A stretch of DNA of 64,000 nucleotides from Kiritimatiellia bacterium (GTDB lineage: Bacteria; Verrucomicrobiota; Kiritimatiellia; RFP12; UBA1067). A program made the translations under genes and the position numbers. Under the pieces are notes generated by a model that had not been told where the DNA came from, made no database searches, and saw only the letters and a list, made by a program, of their open reading frames with translations. Position 1 is the stretch's first letter; the number at the start of each line of letters is the position of its first letter. Below are positions 54,941 through 64,000 of this stretch, piece by piece. The stretch is from positions 192,001 through 256,000 of the forward strand of contig JBMNFY010000017.1 of assembly GCA_050949565.1 (NCBI GenBank), written 5' to 3'.

Positions 54941-57900
54941 ATGAACGTACGGCTTCTGGGTATGAGTTCTTTCACTGCGGCGTCACTGCGTGTCGGCACC
55001 GTTCTTCTCACTTGCTTGCTTCTTGAGGCCTCAGCCGCTCCAACCGGTGCGGGCTATCGCGAAACGGTCATTGCCCCCGTACCGGCCGGCGAGACATCGA
55101 ATCTCGTGGACCGCCTTTTTATCTCGGAGGGGACATACAACAAGACCGAGGCCGGGACGCTTGCCCTGGCGGCCTCCAATTTGGTGCAACAGGGAGAAGG
55201 GCGCCTCGTTGTCCGAGAAGGGGCGCTGCGCATTCAAGGCGATACGCGTACGCTCGCCGCACCGGCACCCTGTCCATACGAGATTCTCGCCAGTGCCGCC
55301 TTTTGGGTCGACGCCACGACCAACCTCGTCACCGTTTCCTCCAACGACAACACCTATGTCGACGCCTGGCTCGACGTGCGCGAACCCGACACCGGAGCCC
55401 CCTTCCTGTATCCGCGCGCTGTCGCCAACTGGACATACACCAACATCTCCCCCCAATGTATTTTGAATGCCGGCACCGACGGCACCATGCCCTCCGTCTG
55501 GTTCGGCCGCTACGGCTCGTTGCGCACCATGACGTGGACCACGCCGGAAAACACGGTCGCTAACTTCACCAAGATCTACCACGTCTTTGCCGTCCACGGC
55601 GTTTTCCAGTCTTATGGCTACGTTTTCGGTAGCATGTCTGACGGCATGCCCGACTTCCACATCACTGATTTTACCACCGGATCACCCACCGCAATGATCT
55701 GGCATCCAAATGAATGGTCGACCACAGCCGTCCGTCAAGGGCGCACCTATCTGGACGGCGTGCGTATCGACGGCACCGCACTCCCGCCGAAGCGAGGCTG
55801 GCAATTGCTGGAAGTGGCCATGGCCGGCAAGCTGTCACAGGCCGCCAATTTTTTCAATGACCGCGGCATCATGTCTTCCGGCAAGCGGGCCGGTGGCGAC
55901 AACCTGTGCGAGGTGGCCGTCTTCACCAACCGCCTCAGTGAAACCGAGCGCATGCTGGTCCAGTCTTACCTGATGCAGAAGTGGCTTGGGACGAAAGCCC
56001 AGATTCCCCCGATCGTCCATGCCAGCGCTTCTGGAACCGTGATTGCCGACGCGGCCGAAAACAACACCCTGGCCCTCCGTCTGAACGGCGACGGCACCAT
56101 CCAGAAGCAGGGGGCGGGACTTGCGGTCCTTGAAGCCACGCCTGCATCCTCCAGCATCTTTCGTTCCGCCGTCGTGCAATCCGGCACGCTTGACGCGCGG
56201 CTCCCCGTTCCGCTGTCTTTGACAGCGGGGGACCGAGTGACCACGTCAAACACCGCGATCAGCGTGACCCAAGACGCCGGCGCTGGACAACTCGCCAAGG
56301 ACGGCCCCGGCACTGTGACGCTGTCATCTGTGCCCGACGGCGTCACGCAGGTCAATGTGAACGGCGGCACCGTGGTCCTTGCAACGCCCGCGAACTCCGT
56401 TTCCGTCACGGCGGTCATCACCGGCAGTGTCCCCAACGCCACGTTCGAATCGGAGCAACTTACCTCCGACAACCGCCGCATCGCCGACGGCGAGACCTAT
56501 CACGGCTGGACAGCCTACGTTCCTCCCCCGTACCCGGGTGCTGACAACGCGGTTTTCATTTTCAACCGCCAGCGCGCGGCCGAAGCCTCCAAGTGGCCCT
56601 GTGACTACGATGCGCCCGAGGGCCTGCAAGTCCTCGCGCTCAAGCAAGATGCCTCTGTGTCCACGTCGCTCTCATTGCCTGTCGCAGGTCTTTACGACGT
56701 GTCTTTTTACACCTCCGCGCGCTCGTTCCGCACGGGAAGACACGAAATCGACCTTTGTCTTGTCGAAGGCGCAACAACCAACGCGGTCACGACCGTCCAA
56801 ACGGTCAACCAAGCCTATGCCCGACAATCCTTCCGCCTGCCGTGGCTGGAGGCCGGTACCCACACGCTGCTCTTCCACCGCAACGTCGCCGCCGTCGACA
56901 CGCTGGGTACGATTGATGACATCAAGGTGACGCTGGTCTCGACGGTCAACCCCAACACTGTCAAAATTCCGAACGGGGACTTTGAACTGACCGACTATCC
57001 GCGCGACCCGACAACTTTCACGACCTCCAACGTGGCCCGTGGCTGGACGTTTACTGCAGTCACGAACGGGGAAATCTCCGCCGGGATTACGATGCCGGCA
57101 TCGTCTGTTTACGCCTACACGCCCTCCACGCCGTACGGTGTGGTCATGCTCTGCCTGGCCAGCAACGGGTGCGCACGAAGCGCGTCGTTCGCGTTGCCGG
57201 CCGGCACCTATGCCCTGCAGGGAGCTGTTTGCAAGTGGCCCTGCCGGATCGGCAACAAATATCTCCAGGCAACCCAATCGATCAAAGCCACTGTCGCACG
57301 CGCGACGGGGGACAGCATCGAACTGGGCACTCTGGAAACTTCCGGAAGCATCCTCACGACGAGACGCTGGCCCACCGCCTTCACCGTGACCGACAACGAA
57401 ACCATCACGCTGACGCTGGCGGGCACGGGCACATCAGGCGTCGGACTGATCGACAACCTCGAGTTGATCCCGCAGACAAGTAGCATCATCCAGAACGGCG
57501 GCTTCGAGAGCGCCGCAGGCTGGTCGTTTTTCGCTGACAAAGTGAGCCAGCCGAAGGCGGCGGCGTGGTACAACGAACTGTCGTCGTCGAACCACTACGG
57601 AACGGCGATTTATGACGGTGTGCGGCGTCTGCTTCTAGTTCAAACCGGTGCAGCCTTCCAAGACATTCAAATTCCCGCACCGGGCCTCTACCGGCTGGTA
57701 TTCCACGCCGCCCAGCGGTGTCCGCTGACCTACGGCAATGTCTACGGACACAACCCCGTGCGGGCGTGGCTGGCCCGTGACGGTGCGACCAACGTGATCG
57801 GCTGGACGCGTGTTGACGACAATGCCATCGTCCGACGGGAGTTCCTGTTCAACGTGGCGGTGGCAGGAACGTATCGCTTCGGTCTGCAAGGCATGAGCGA

Positions 57901-58195
57901 CAACTCACCCCAGTATCCGGGAACCGACCAGAATGCTTTGATCGACGGCGTCTCAATCGAGCCCGCATCCGATCTCGCGCCGGCCGACATCCCGCTACCC
58001 AAAAACCTGTCGATCAATGTCGCCGAAGGCGCATATCTTCAGCTTTCCTTCGCGAGTACGCAAAAGGTCGAGCGCGTCAAGCTAGGTGGACATTTCGCCG
58101 TGGGTGTCATCAGTCAGGAGACATATCCCGACGCGATCATTGGCCCCGGTGCCTTGTATACCACGCCTAAAGGATCGCTCATGATGCTTCGTTGA
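54941..58195 (+). CDS. Large secreted protein: beta-strand repeats, LamG-like domain, repeated NGxFE carbohydrate-binding-like modules
   Basis: RBS AGGAGA, signal peptide, FWVDA, EVAVFTNRLSE.ER..VQ.YLMQKW, KQGAG, KDGPGT, three N..FE modules. Confidence 0.8.
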   Translation: MNVRLLGMSSFTAASLRVGTVLLTCLLLEASAAPTGAGYRETVIAPVPAGETSNLVDRLFISEGTYNKTEAGTLALAASNLVQQGEGRLVVREGALRIQGDTRTLAAPAPCPYEILASAAFWVDATTNLVTVSSNDNTYVDAWLDVREPDTGAPFLYPRAVANWTYTNISPQCILNAGTDGTMPSVWFGRYGSLRTMTWTTPENTVANFTKIYHVFAVHGVFQSYGYVFGSMSDGMPDFHITDFTTGSPTAMIWHPNEWSTTAVRQGRTYLDGVRIDGTALPPKRGWQLLEVAMAGKLSQAANFFNDRGIMSSGKRAGGDNLCEVAVFTNRLSETERMLVQSYLMQKWLGTKAQIPPIVHASASGTVIADAAENNTLALRLNGDGTIQKQGAGLAVLEATPASSSIFRSAVVQSGTLDARLPVPLSLTAGDRVTTSNTAISVTQDAGAGQLAKDGPGTVTLSSVPDGVTQVNVNGGTVVLATPANSVSVTAVITGSVPNATFESEQLTSDNRRIADGETYHGWTAYVPPPYPGADNAVFIFNRQRAAEASKWPCDYDAPEGLQVLALKQDASVSTSLSLPVAGLYDVSFYTSARSFRTGRHEIDLCLVEGATTNAVTTVQTVNQAYARQSFRLPWLEAGTHTLLFHRNVAAVDTLGTIDDIKVTLVSTVNPNTVKIPNGDFELTDYPRDPTTFTTSNVARGWTFTAVTNGEISAGITMPASSVYAYTPSTPYGVVMLCLASNGCARSASFALPAGTYALQGAVCKWPCRIGNKYLQATQSIKATVARATGDSIELGTLETSGSILTTRRWPTAFTVTDNETITLTLAGTGTSGVGLIDNLELIPQTSSIIQNGGFESAAGWSFFADKVSQPKAAAWYNELSSSNHYGTAIYDGVRRLLLVQTGAAFQDIQIPAPGLYRLVFHAAQRCPLTYGNVYGHNPVRAWLARDGATNVIGWTRVDDNAIVRREFLFNVAVAGTYRFGLQGMSDNSPQYPGTDQNALIDGVSIEPASDLAPADIPLPKNLSINVAEGAYLQLSFASTQKVERVKLGGHFAVGVISQETYPDAIIGPGALYTTPKGSLMMLR

Positions 58196-58209
58196 CGCGT
58201 GTTCGGGTA

Positions 58210-60930
58210 TTATGGACGCAGCACCTGCTCAAGGAAGCGGTAGATCTGCTCGTTGGATTCGGCGTTGGGTGCGTGTTTCGGGCGGTTGGTCATGGCCACG
58301 CGATTCGTCGCACCGAGCAGCGTGTTGACTTGGATTGCATGGCGCAGCGCGTTCCAGCGCTCGGGCGGATCCTCCGCGCCGCCGGAAACCAAGAAAGGCC
58401 GGGGCGCCATCAAGGCGTGCAGGTCGGTCAGGTCGAGCCCCTCTTCGCGCAATTTGAGATAGAGACCGCGCCCGGGGTTTTCCGGCGTCATCATGCCGCG
58501 CTTGCGCCACGGCTTCGGATGGTAGCCCAGATACCACGGTTCCCAATAGTTGATCGAGGGGCGGTCCTCCCTGAAGACAATACCCGGATCGGACCAGACG
58601 CCGCAAGCGAAACGGTCGTACAGGCACGAGGCGAACATCGCCCACTTGCCGCCGAATGAGTGCCCGACGATCCCGACGCGCGCGGGATCGACACACGCCT
58701 CTTTCACCAGCGCTTGATACGCATTGGCCGCTGCATAGGCCAGCATTGAGAGCGGCTGCACCGTCGCCTCTTGCAGCGAAGGCCAGTAGAGCGCGAACTC
58801 GTTGCGCTTGGAAGCTTCGCGCGTACCGATCGAGAGCGTCACGAAACCGCGCCGCGCAAGCTGGATCGCAAAATCGCGATAGGGCTTGCCGTCGATCCCC
58901 ACCGCCGTCTCAGGCTCATAAAACACCGTCACAACCGCCGCGCGCGGTCCCTCGCCATCGGGCACCAGCAGATACCCGTCCGTGCTCTCTTGCGGCAGCC
59001 AGTTGAAGCGCACGGCGTGCCGTACAAAACCCTCGCAACGCTCGCTCCCCTGCACGCGCAACGTCTGATTGGTGATCAGCGACGGCCACACACCCATGCG
59101 CCCATGCCACGTACGCAGAATTTCTTCACGGCGACGCGACCACGCCGCCGCATCGCGTACCGGCGTGCCATCGTCGAAGCGCAGCGGCGAGCGATAGGCG
59201 TCTGACGCATCGACTAAATCCGGCGGCGGCGCAAAGGCCGATGGCGGCAAGCCCGGCCCGTGCAACGCGGCGAAGGCCAAGTCAAGCGCCTCAAACCCCT
59301 GCGTATCGAGATCCAGAGCCAGCGGCACGAGCGACGGTTTTTCGTTGGTCCAGAGATACGGATAGACGGCATAGGTCGGCAGATACGCGACAGTCGGCGC
59401 GGCCTTGGGCCACGCGGCGCCGACCACATGCGCCGTCTCTTGATCGTAGAGCGTAACCAGCGGCGCGATCCACTCCACAGCTTCGGGCGTGAAGAGGGTC
59501 GTATTACTGGGAATGTGCCACCCCGCTTCAAAGCAGGGGTCGCGCGCCAGACGCCGGCGCGGCCACGCTCCGGCCTGCAACGAAAGCGTTGCATATGCGT
59601 TGGTGGCGACGGGCAGGCGTGTCCATGAGTACCAGAGCTTGCCGGGATCGTAACGCTTCACCGCCTGCGCCGGGAAGTCGCAGAGACGGCGGTCGGGCGG
59701 CGCACCGCCCACCCAAACGATCTTGCCGCCGGCCTTGCGGTACGCTACCAACTGATCCGTCAGCACCGACGGTTTCAGTGTGAAATAGGTGGCGGTCCGT
59801 TTCGCGAAAACAATCACCTGCGGGATACGCGCCGCGTCGATCCCTTCCGCCATCACCATGCGTACGTCAACCAATGCGGCGTTCTTGAACTGACGGCGCA
59901 AATGATGGACCGTCTGTGCCGCCAACACGCGATCGTTGAAGCCGAACATCCCCTCGTCCATGCGCCACGTGGGCTCGACAACCACGCCGATAAACGGACG
60001 GTCTTGGTGCTGCGGCTCCATCAAGCCCTCTGTCAGCGAGTCATCCTGCAGACGGCGTGTGACCGTGAAAGCCGAACAGGCGTCGCGGTAGCGTTGCCGG
60101 ATCGCATCCGTGACATCGGGGAGTTCTCCGTCGGCCGCGGCCAAGCGTTGCGCCGCCATGAAATCGCCCAGTATGCGCTCCACCGCCCAGCAACCGAGCA
60201 CGGCAAACTGCGCGGCGAGCGCATCGCGGCTGGCAGTATCTTTTTTTTCGATCCACGTGCACGCATGTTGCAGGATCGGCACACCGCGCGGCGCGCACAC
60301 CTCAACCCCGTGAATCCCCGACAGCATGACCTCCAGCACTGCGTCGGCTGCGGAACGCCCAGCATCGGCCACGGTCACCTTGTCAAGATGCGCCTGCCAG
60401 ATGGCGCGTGTCTCGGGCGTCGAGTCAACCCAGCTCAAATCCAGACCGCCGATGGGCTTGCCGTTCGGCAGGCGGAACGCCCAGTCGCGGTCGCTCCAGC
60501 CGTAGGTGGCCAGATGCACAATGGGATCGTGGTTGCAGGCGACCATGTCGGCGGTGGAGTGCGCCAGCGCACCCAGCCAGAGAGAGACGCTGTCGGCGCG
60601 ATTTTCGCGCAACGCCCGCGTCAGCAGCACGAAAGCCACAGCACGGCCCTCGTCCGCGTGGAACGCCCCGCTGTCCCGCATGTTGTGCGCCGCGAGGAAC
60701 GTCAGCTCTTCGGGCGTCACACGCGGGTTCTCCGCAAAGGCCGTGCGCACGTCCGGATAAAAGTTGTCGCGACAGAACTGCTCCAGCCGCTCGCCCTGCA
60801 AGGTCGTGCGCCACGGCTCGGGCAGACGCGCCGCGACCGCGCGGGCCACAACATTGTGACCCGCGCCCCAGCCGCAAGCGAGCCACGGCAACGTCAGCCA
60901 GCCGGCTGCAATCCACCACAGACTCTTCAT
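58210..60930 (-). CDS. Fusion of Zn-dependent phospholipase C/S1-P1-like N-terminal domain and alpha/beta hydrolase
   Basis: Signal peptide then WGAGH, H at FHAD, LAHSTADMVACNH; C-terminal GIVGHSFGGK, LHALMAPRPFLVSGG.ED, His in PKHAP. Confidence 0.7.
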   Translation of the reverse strand: MKSLWWIAAGWLTLPWLACGWGAGHNVVARAVAARLPEPWRTTLQGERLEQFCRDNFYPDVRTAFAENPRVTPEELTFLAAHNMRDSGAFHADEGRAVAFVLLTRALRENRADSVSLWLGALAHSTADMVACNHDPIVHLATYGWSDRDWAFRLPNGKPIGGLDLSWVDSTPETRAIWQAHLDKVTVADAGRSAADAVLEVMLSGIHGVEVCAPRGVPILQHACTWIEKKDTASRDALAAQFAVLGCWAVERILGDFMAAQRLAAADGELPDVTDAIRQRYRDACSAFTVTRRLQDDSLTEGLMEPQHQDRPFIGVVVEPTWRMDEGMFGFNDRVLAAQTVHHLRRQFKNAALVDVRMVMAEGIDAARIPQVIVFAKRTATYFTLKPSVLTDQLVAYRKAGGKIVWVGGAPPDRRLCDFPAQAVKRYDPGKLWYSWTRLPVATNAYATLSLQAGAWPRRRLARDPCFEAGWHIPSNTTLFTPEAVEWIAPLVTLYDQETAHVVGAAWPKAAPTVAYLPTYAVYPYLWTNEKPSLVPLALDLDTQGFEALDLAFAALHGPGLPPSAFAPPPDLVDASDAYRSPLRFDDGTPVRDAAAWSRRREEILRTWHGRMGVWPSLITNQTLRVQGSERCEGFVRHAVRFNWLPQESTDGYLLVPDGEGPRAAVVTVFYEPETAVGIDGKPYRDFAIQLARRGFVTLSIGTREASKRNEFALYWPSLQEATVQPLSMLAYAAANAYQALVKEACVDPARVGIVGHSFGGKWAMFASCLYDRFACGVWSDPGIVFREDRPSINYWEPWYLGYHPKPWRKRGMMTPENPGRGLYLKLREEGLDLTDLHALMAPRPFLVSGGAEDPPERWNALRHAIQVNTLLGATNRVAMTNRPKHAPNAESNEQIYRFLEQVLRP

Positions 60931-60960
60931 TCCGTACTCCGTCGCAGCAACGCTACGCGG

Positions 60961-63219
60961 TTACTTTCCAAACAGCACGCGCGTCAGTTCCGCCAGTTGC
61001 TCGGCCGGGATTTTGATCTTTTTCCGGTCGTAGGTTATGAGGCCGTTGATTTCGCCCTCGACATCGGTGGTCTGCGTGTAGACGCCGCCGGCGATACCTT
61101 GAGTGCGCAATTCATTCAGCATACGGATCGAGGTGGCCACGCGCTCCTTGTACTCCTCCTCGCTCTTCGGCAGACCGCCGTACCCCCAGTTATCCCGGTC
61201 GGCATCCCACAGATGCCCCTTCACCGGATAACCGTGCCCGCCGAACTCGCCGACGACCTTGATGAACCCATCGAAGCGTCCGCCCTGCCCCTGATCAAAG
61301 GGGAAGCCCGGATGCGGATAGCGATGGGCGTCCACAACGTCTCCCACCGGCCAGAAGTTACCGCCGCTGGCGATATTGACGAGACGCGTCGGGTCGCGCT
61401 GCACCACCCACTTGCCCACTTCGAGCGTGCGGTGCTGTCCCCACGCCTCGTTAAAGGGCACCCAGCAGACGATCGACGGATGACTTTCCAAGGTGTTAAT
61501 CATGCGCGCCAACTCCAGCATGAACTGGACGTGGTGCTCATCCGGCCACTCTGCATCTACCGGATCGGGCTTGAGGAAGGTCCATTTCGCGCCCTTGCCA
61601 CCGCTCACGTGATCCTGCCAGACCATGATCCCCAACCGGTCGCAGTGGTAATAGTAGAGGCGCGGCTCGACCTTGATGTGCTTGCGGATCATGTTGAAGC
61701 CCGCGCGTTTCAGCCAGTCGATCTCAAACACCATCGCCTCTTCAGAAGGCGGCGTGAGCAATCCGTCCGGCCACCATCCTTGATCCAGCGGCCCCCAGTG
61801 GAACAGCGTCTCGCCATTCAGCGTAAAGCGCAGGTGGCCTTGAGCATCCTTGGCCTTGCCGACCGTGCGGATGCCGGCATACGACGCGACGCTATCCACC
61901 ACCCGGCCGCCATCGTCCAGCAAGTCCAACTCAAGCGCATAGAGGTGCGGAGAACGCGGCGACCACAGCTTGGCGTTCGCGACGGTCAGCAACACTTCCT
62001 GACCGGCGCGCCCCACGCTGTTCGCCACTTGGCGATCACCATCCTTGACGCGCACGGCAAGTGCCTGAGCGCCGCCCTCCACGGCGGCAGTGATCTTGAT
62101 CGCGCCGGTGGCCGCATCGGTGCGGATCAACAGATTCCGGATGTAGCTGGCACCGACCTGTTCCAGCCACACGGTCTGCCAGATACCGGAAACCTGAGTG
62201 TACCAGATGCCGCGCGGGTCCAGCGTCTGCTTGCCGCGCAGTTGGAATCCTTCCTGCTCGTCCTCCACGCGCACCACCACCTCATTCTCGCCGACCCGCA
62301 CCCTGTCCGTGATGTCCAGCGTGAACGGCGTGTTGCCGCCGCGGTGTCCGCCGGCCTGTTTGCCGTTGACCATCACTTGGCACCGATAATCAACCGCCTC
62401 GAAATTCAGCAGCGTGCGCTCGGCCGCCGCCACGGTGAACGTGCGCCGGTACCAGAGCGCCTGATCCTTGCGCAACGCCTTCTGAACACCGCCCAGCTTG
62501 GACTCCAGACAGAACGGCACGCGGATACGTCCCTGCCACTGCTTGGGCGGCTCGCGTTGCGCGACCGGCGTGATGGCATACTCCCACAATCCATTTAGAT
62601 TCTGCCACTGCTTACGTTGCAGTTGCGGGCGCGGATAGCTCTGCCAGGCATTCTGATCGGTCACCTTCTCACCCCACGGCGTGATCAGGTCGCTGCGAAA
62701 AACCTCGCGTTCCGGCGTCGGCAGGACTGGCACCTGATCGGCCTCGATCAGATGCACGTCGATGAACTGACCACCTACCTCTTGTTTGCAAAAGACCGCC
62801 AGCAAATTCTCGCCCTGCTTAACGAGCGCCCGGTGCTCATCTGCCAGCGGAAACACGCCGTAGTCCGTGCGATAGCCTGTGAGCGCCATCACACGTTGAC
62901 CGTTGAGATAAATCTCGGCATCTTCGTCGTGATGAACCAGCAGCGCGGGCTTTTTCAGAGCAGCGGCCAGAGGCACGCGCTTGCGCAGCCAAATCGTCTT
63001 CGTGCGCCACACCGTGCCCACGCGCGCGCCCGGCGTGCCGACCGTACCAAATCCACCATTGCCCTTCTTCCAGGAGGCGTCATCATACGCGGCGGTCTGC
63101 CACGGCCCCTGGGGCGCCTCAAGCGTATAGCGCCACTGATCCACGATCTGCGCCGAAAGCGCGACCGGCAACGCTACACAGAGCGCCAACCCGATACCAC
63201 GACCCTTTTGTAAACACAT
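60961..63219 (-). CDS. GH2 glycoside hydrolase with N-terminal galactose-binding-like domain
   Basis: YPRPQL.R..W.NLNGLW, GKQ....GIWYT..SGIWQTVWLE, LDQGWWPDG, RKHIKVEP, WVPFNEAWGQ, GEFGG, YTQTTDVE.E.NG. Confidence 0.92.
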   Translation of the reverse strand: MCLQKGRGIGLALCVALPVALSAQIVDQWRYTLEAPQGPWQTAAYDDASWKKGNGGFGTVGTPGARVGTVWRTKTIWLRKRVPLAAALKKPALLVHHDEDAEIYLNGQRVMALTGYRTDYGVFPLADEHRALVKQGENLLAVFCKQEVGGQFIDVHLIEADQVPVLPTPEREVFRSDLITPWGEKVTDQNAWQSYPRPQLQRKQWQNLNGLWEYAITPVAQREPPKQWQGRIRVPFCLESKLGGVQKALRKDQALWYRRTFTVAAAERTLLNFEAVDYRCQVMVNGKQAGGHRGGNTPFTLDITDRVRVGENEVVVRVEDEQEGFQLRGKQTLDPRGIWYTQVSGIWQTVWLEQVGASYIRNLLIRTDAATGAIKITAAVEGGAQALAVRVKDGDRQVANSVGRAGQEVLLTVANAKLWSPRSPHLYALELDLLDDGGRVVDSVASYAGIRTVGKAKDAQGHLRFTLNGETLFHWGPLDQGWWPDGLLTPPSEEAMVFEIDWLKRAGFNMIRKHIKVEPRLYYYHCDRLGIMVWQDHVSGGKGAKWTFLKPDPVDAEWPDEHHVQFMLELARMINTLESHPSIVCWVPFNEAWGQHRTLEVGKWVVQRDPTRLVNIASGGNFWPVGDVVDAHRYPHPGFPFDQGQGGRFDGFIKVVGEFGGHGYPVKGHLWDADRDNWGYGGLPKSEEEYKERVATSIRMLNELRTQGIAGGVYTQTTDVEGEINGLITYDRKKIKIPAEQLAELTRVLFGK

Positions 63220-63340
63220 ATATGCCCCTTTCCTGCGCGGCACCTTGCCCGTGTCTCCATACGCCAACAGACAAAATGTCCACGTGTTTTTAGTGTGTGT
63301 TTGGACGTTAACACATTCCGCGTGTCAGATCAACTGGCGA

Positions 63341-64000
63341 CTATTCCCCAAACTTCGGCATCAGCGCACGCGATACCGCCACCGGCGACCCGTGCTCATC
63401 CAGCAACTCGTCGAGCACCGGGCGTGTGTCGCCCCAGAACGCGTCGTAATCATCCGCGAGCGCTTGGCGCACCGACTCCGGCTGATCTAGCCCGTGGTGC
63501 AGTGCAAAGGCCTGCGCCAGCAACAACACAGCCTGTTCGAGCGGTTCACGTGCGGCATCGAAGGCGAGCGCCGCGATCAACTGGCGCGCCCGACGGTAGG
63601 CCAGCAACGCCTCGCGCCGCAACACTTGGGCCTGCGCCTTGTCGCTTCCCAGTTCGAGCCGGGGTTGCGCCAGCCCTCCGGCGCGGGAGAAGAGCGTGCG
63701 CCTCTCGCCGCCCGCATGCTCCAGCACACCATGCGTCAACAACCGCTTGAGCGCTTCGTAGGCGGCGCGTCCGGCCACCTCCACCACCGGCACGTGGTGC
63801 GCATCCACATTGCCGAACCAGTCTGCGCGCACCCGTTCGACGTAGGCCGTGACTGCGCGCAAATCGCCTTCCGCAACGACCCACAGCACGGGGCGCGGCT
63901 GCGACGCCGGACAGACGCGCTCACAAAGCCAAAGCGCGTCTCCCAGCCGTTCCACAAGCATCGCCGCAAAGCCCAGTTCGGGATCAACCGCGCGTAACGC
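63341..64000 (-). CDS. C-terminal part of a larger protein, probably a SNF2-family helicase tail with a HEPN-like helical end (5' end outside the window)
   Basis: Frame is open to the window edge (ALRAVDPELGFAAMLVERLG...). VEV..RA.YEAL.RL...G pattern recalled from SNF2 helicase tails; no helicase motif lies inside the window. Confidence 0.45.
   Translation of the reverse strand, partial: ALRAVDPELGFAAMLVERLGDALWLCERVCPASQPRPVLWVVAEGDLRAVTAYVERVRADWFGNVDAHHVPVVEVAGRAAYEALKRLLTHGVLEHAGGERRTLFSRAGGLAQPRLELGSDKAQAQVLRREALLAYRRARQLIAALAFDAAREPLEQAVLLLAQAFALHHGLDQPESVRQALADDYDAFWGDTRPVLDELLDEHGSPVAVSRALMPKFGE

Noticed and set aside
59902-62598. 898-aa plus-strand ORF
   Set aside because: Antisense shadow of the GH2 and hydrolase genes.

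Overview
High-GC chromosomal window from a PVC-superphylum bacterium, most likely Kiritimatiellota/Lentisphaerota (PVC signature small basic protein at 25514-25669, which the ORF track omits). Housekeeping and metabolic genes: dus, mlaDFE-like ABC transporter, mutM, holA, ahbC/ahbD, rtcB, mscS, a DtxR-feoA-feoB iron operon, and glycoside hydrolases GH78/GH16/GH28/GH2. There are four large secreted proteins with autotransporter-type beta-strand repeats; the three with visible C-termini have no beta-barrel and share a terminal G-x-hydrophobic-L-[R/Q] motif. No rRNA, tRNA or CRISPR array was seen. The most unusual signal is intergenic. A REP-associated HUH tyrosine transposase (RAYT) fused to a DprA/SLOG-like domain is flanked by GTRG hairpins. 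About eight intergenic islands are built from shuffled modules: several REP-like hairpin families, a ~210-bp element with inverted ends, 6/7/8/9/13-14-mer tandem arrays and a dispersed 29-bp motif. Some islands bracket AT-rich cargo genes, an orphan antitoxin, attC-like remnants and an IS4 element. Three genes carry single-base +1 frameshifts that look like assembly errors. All assignments come from reading motifs by eye; no database searches were run.
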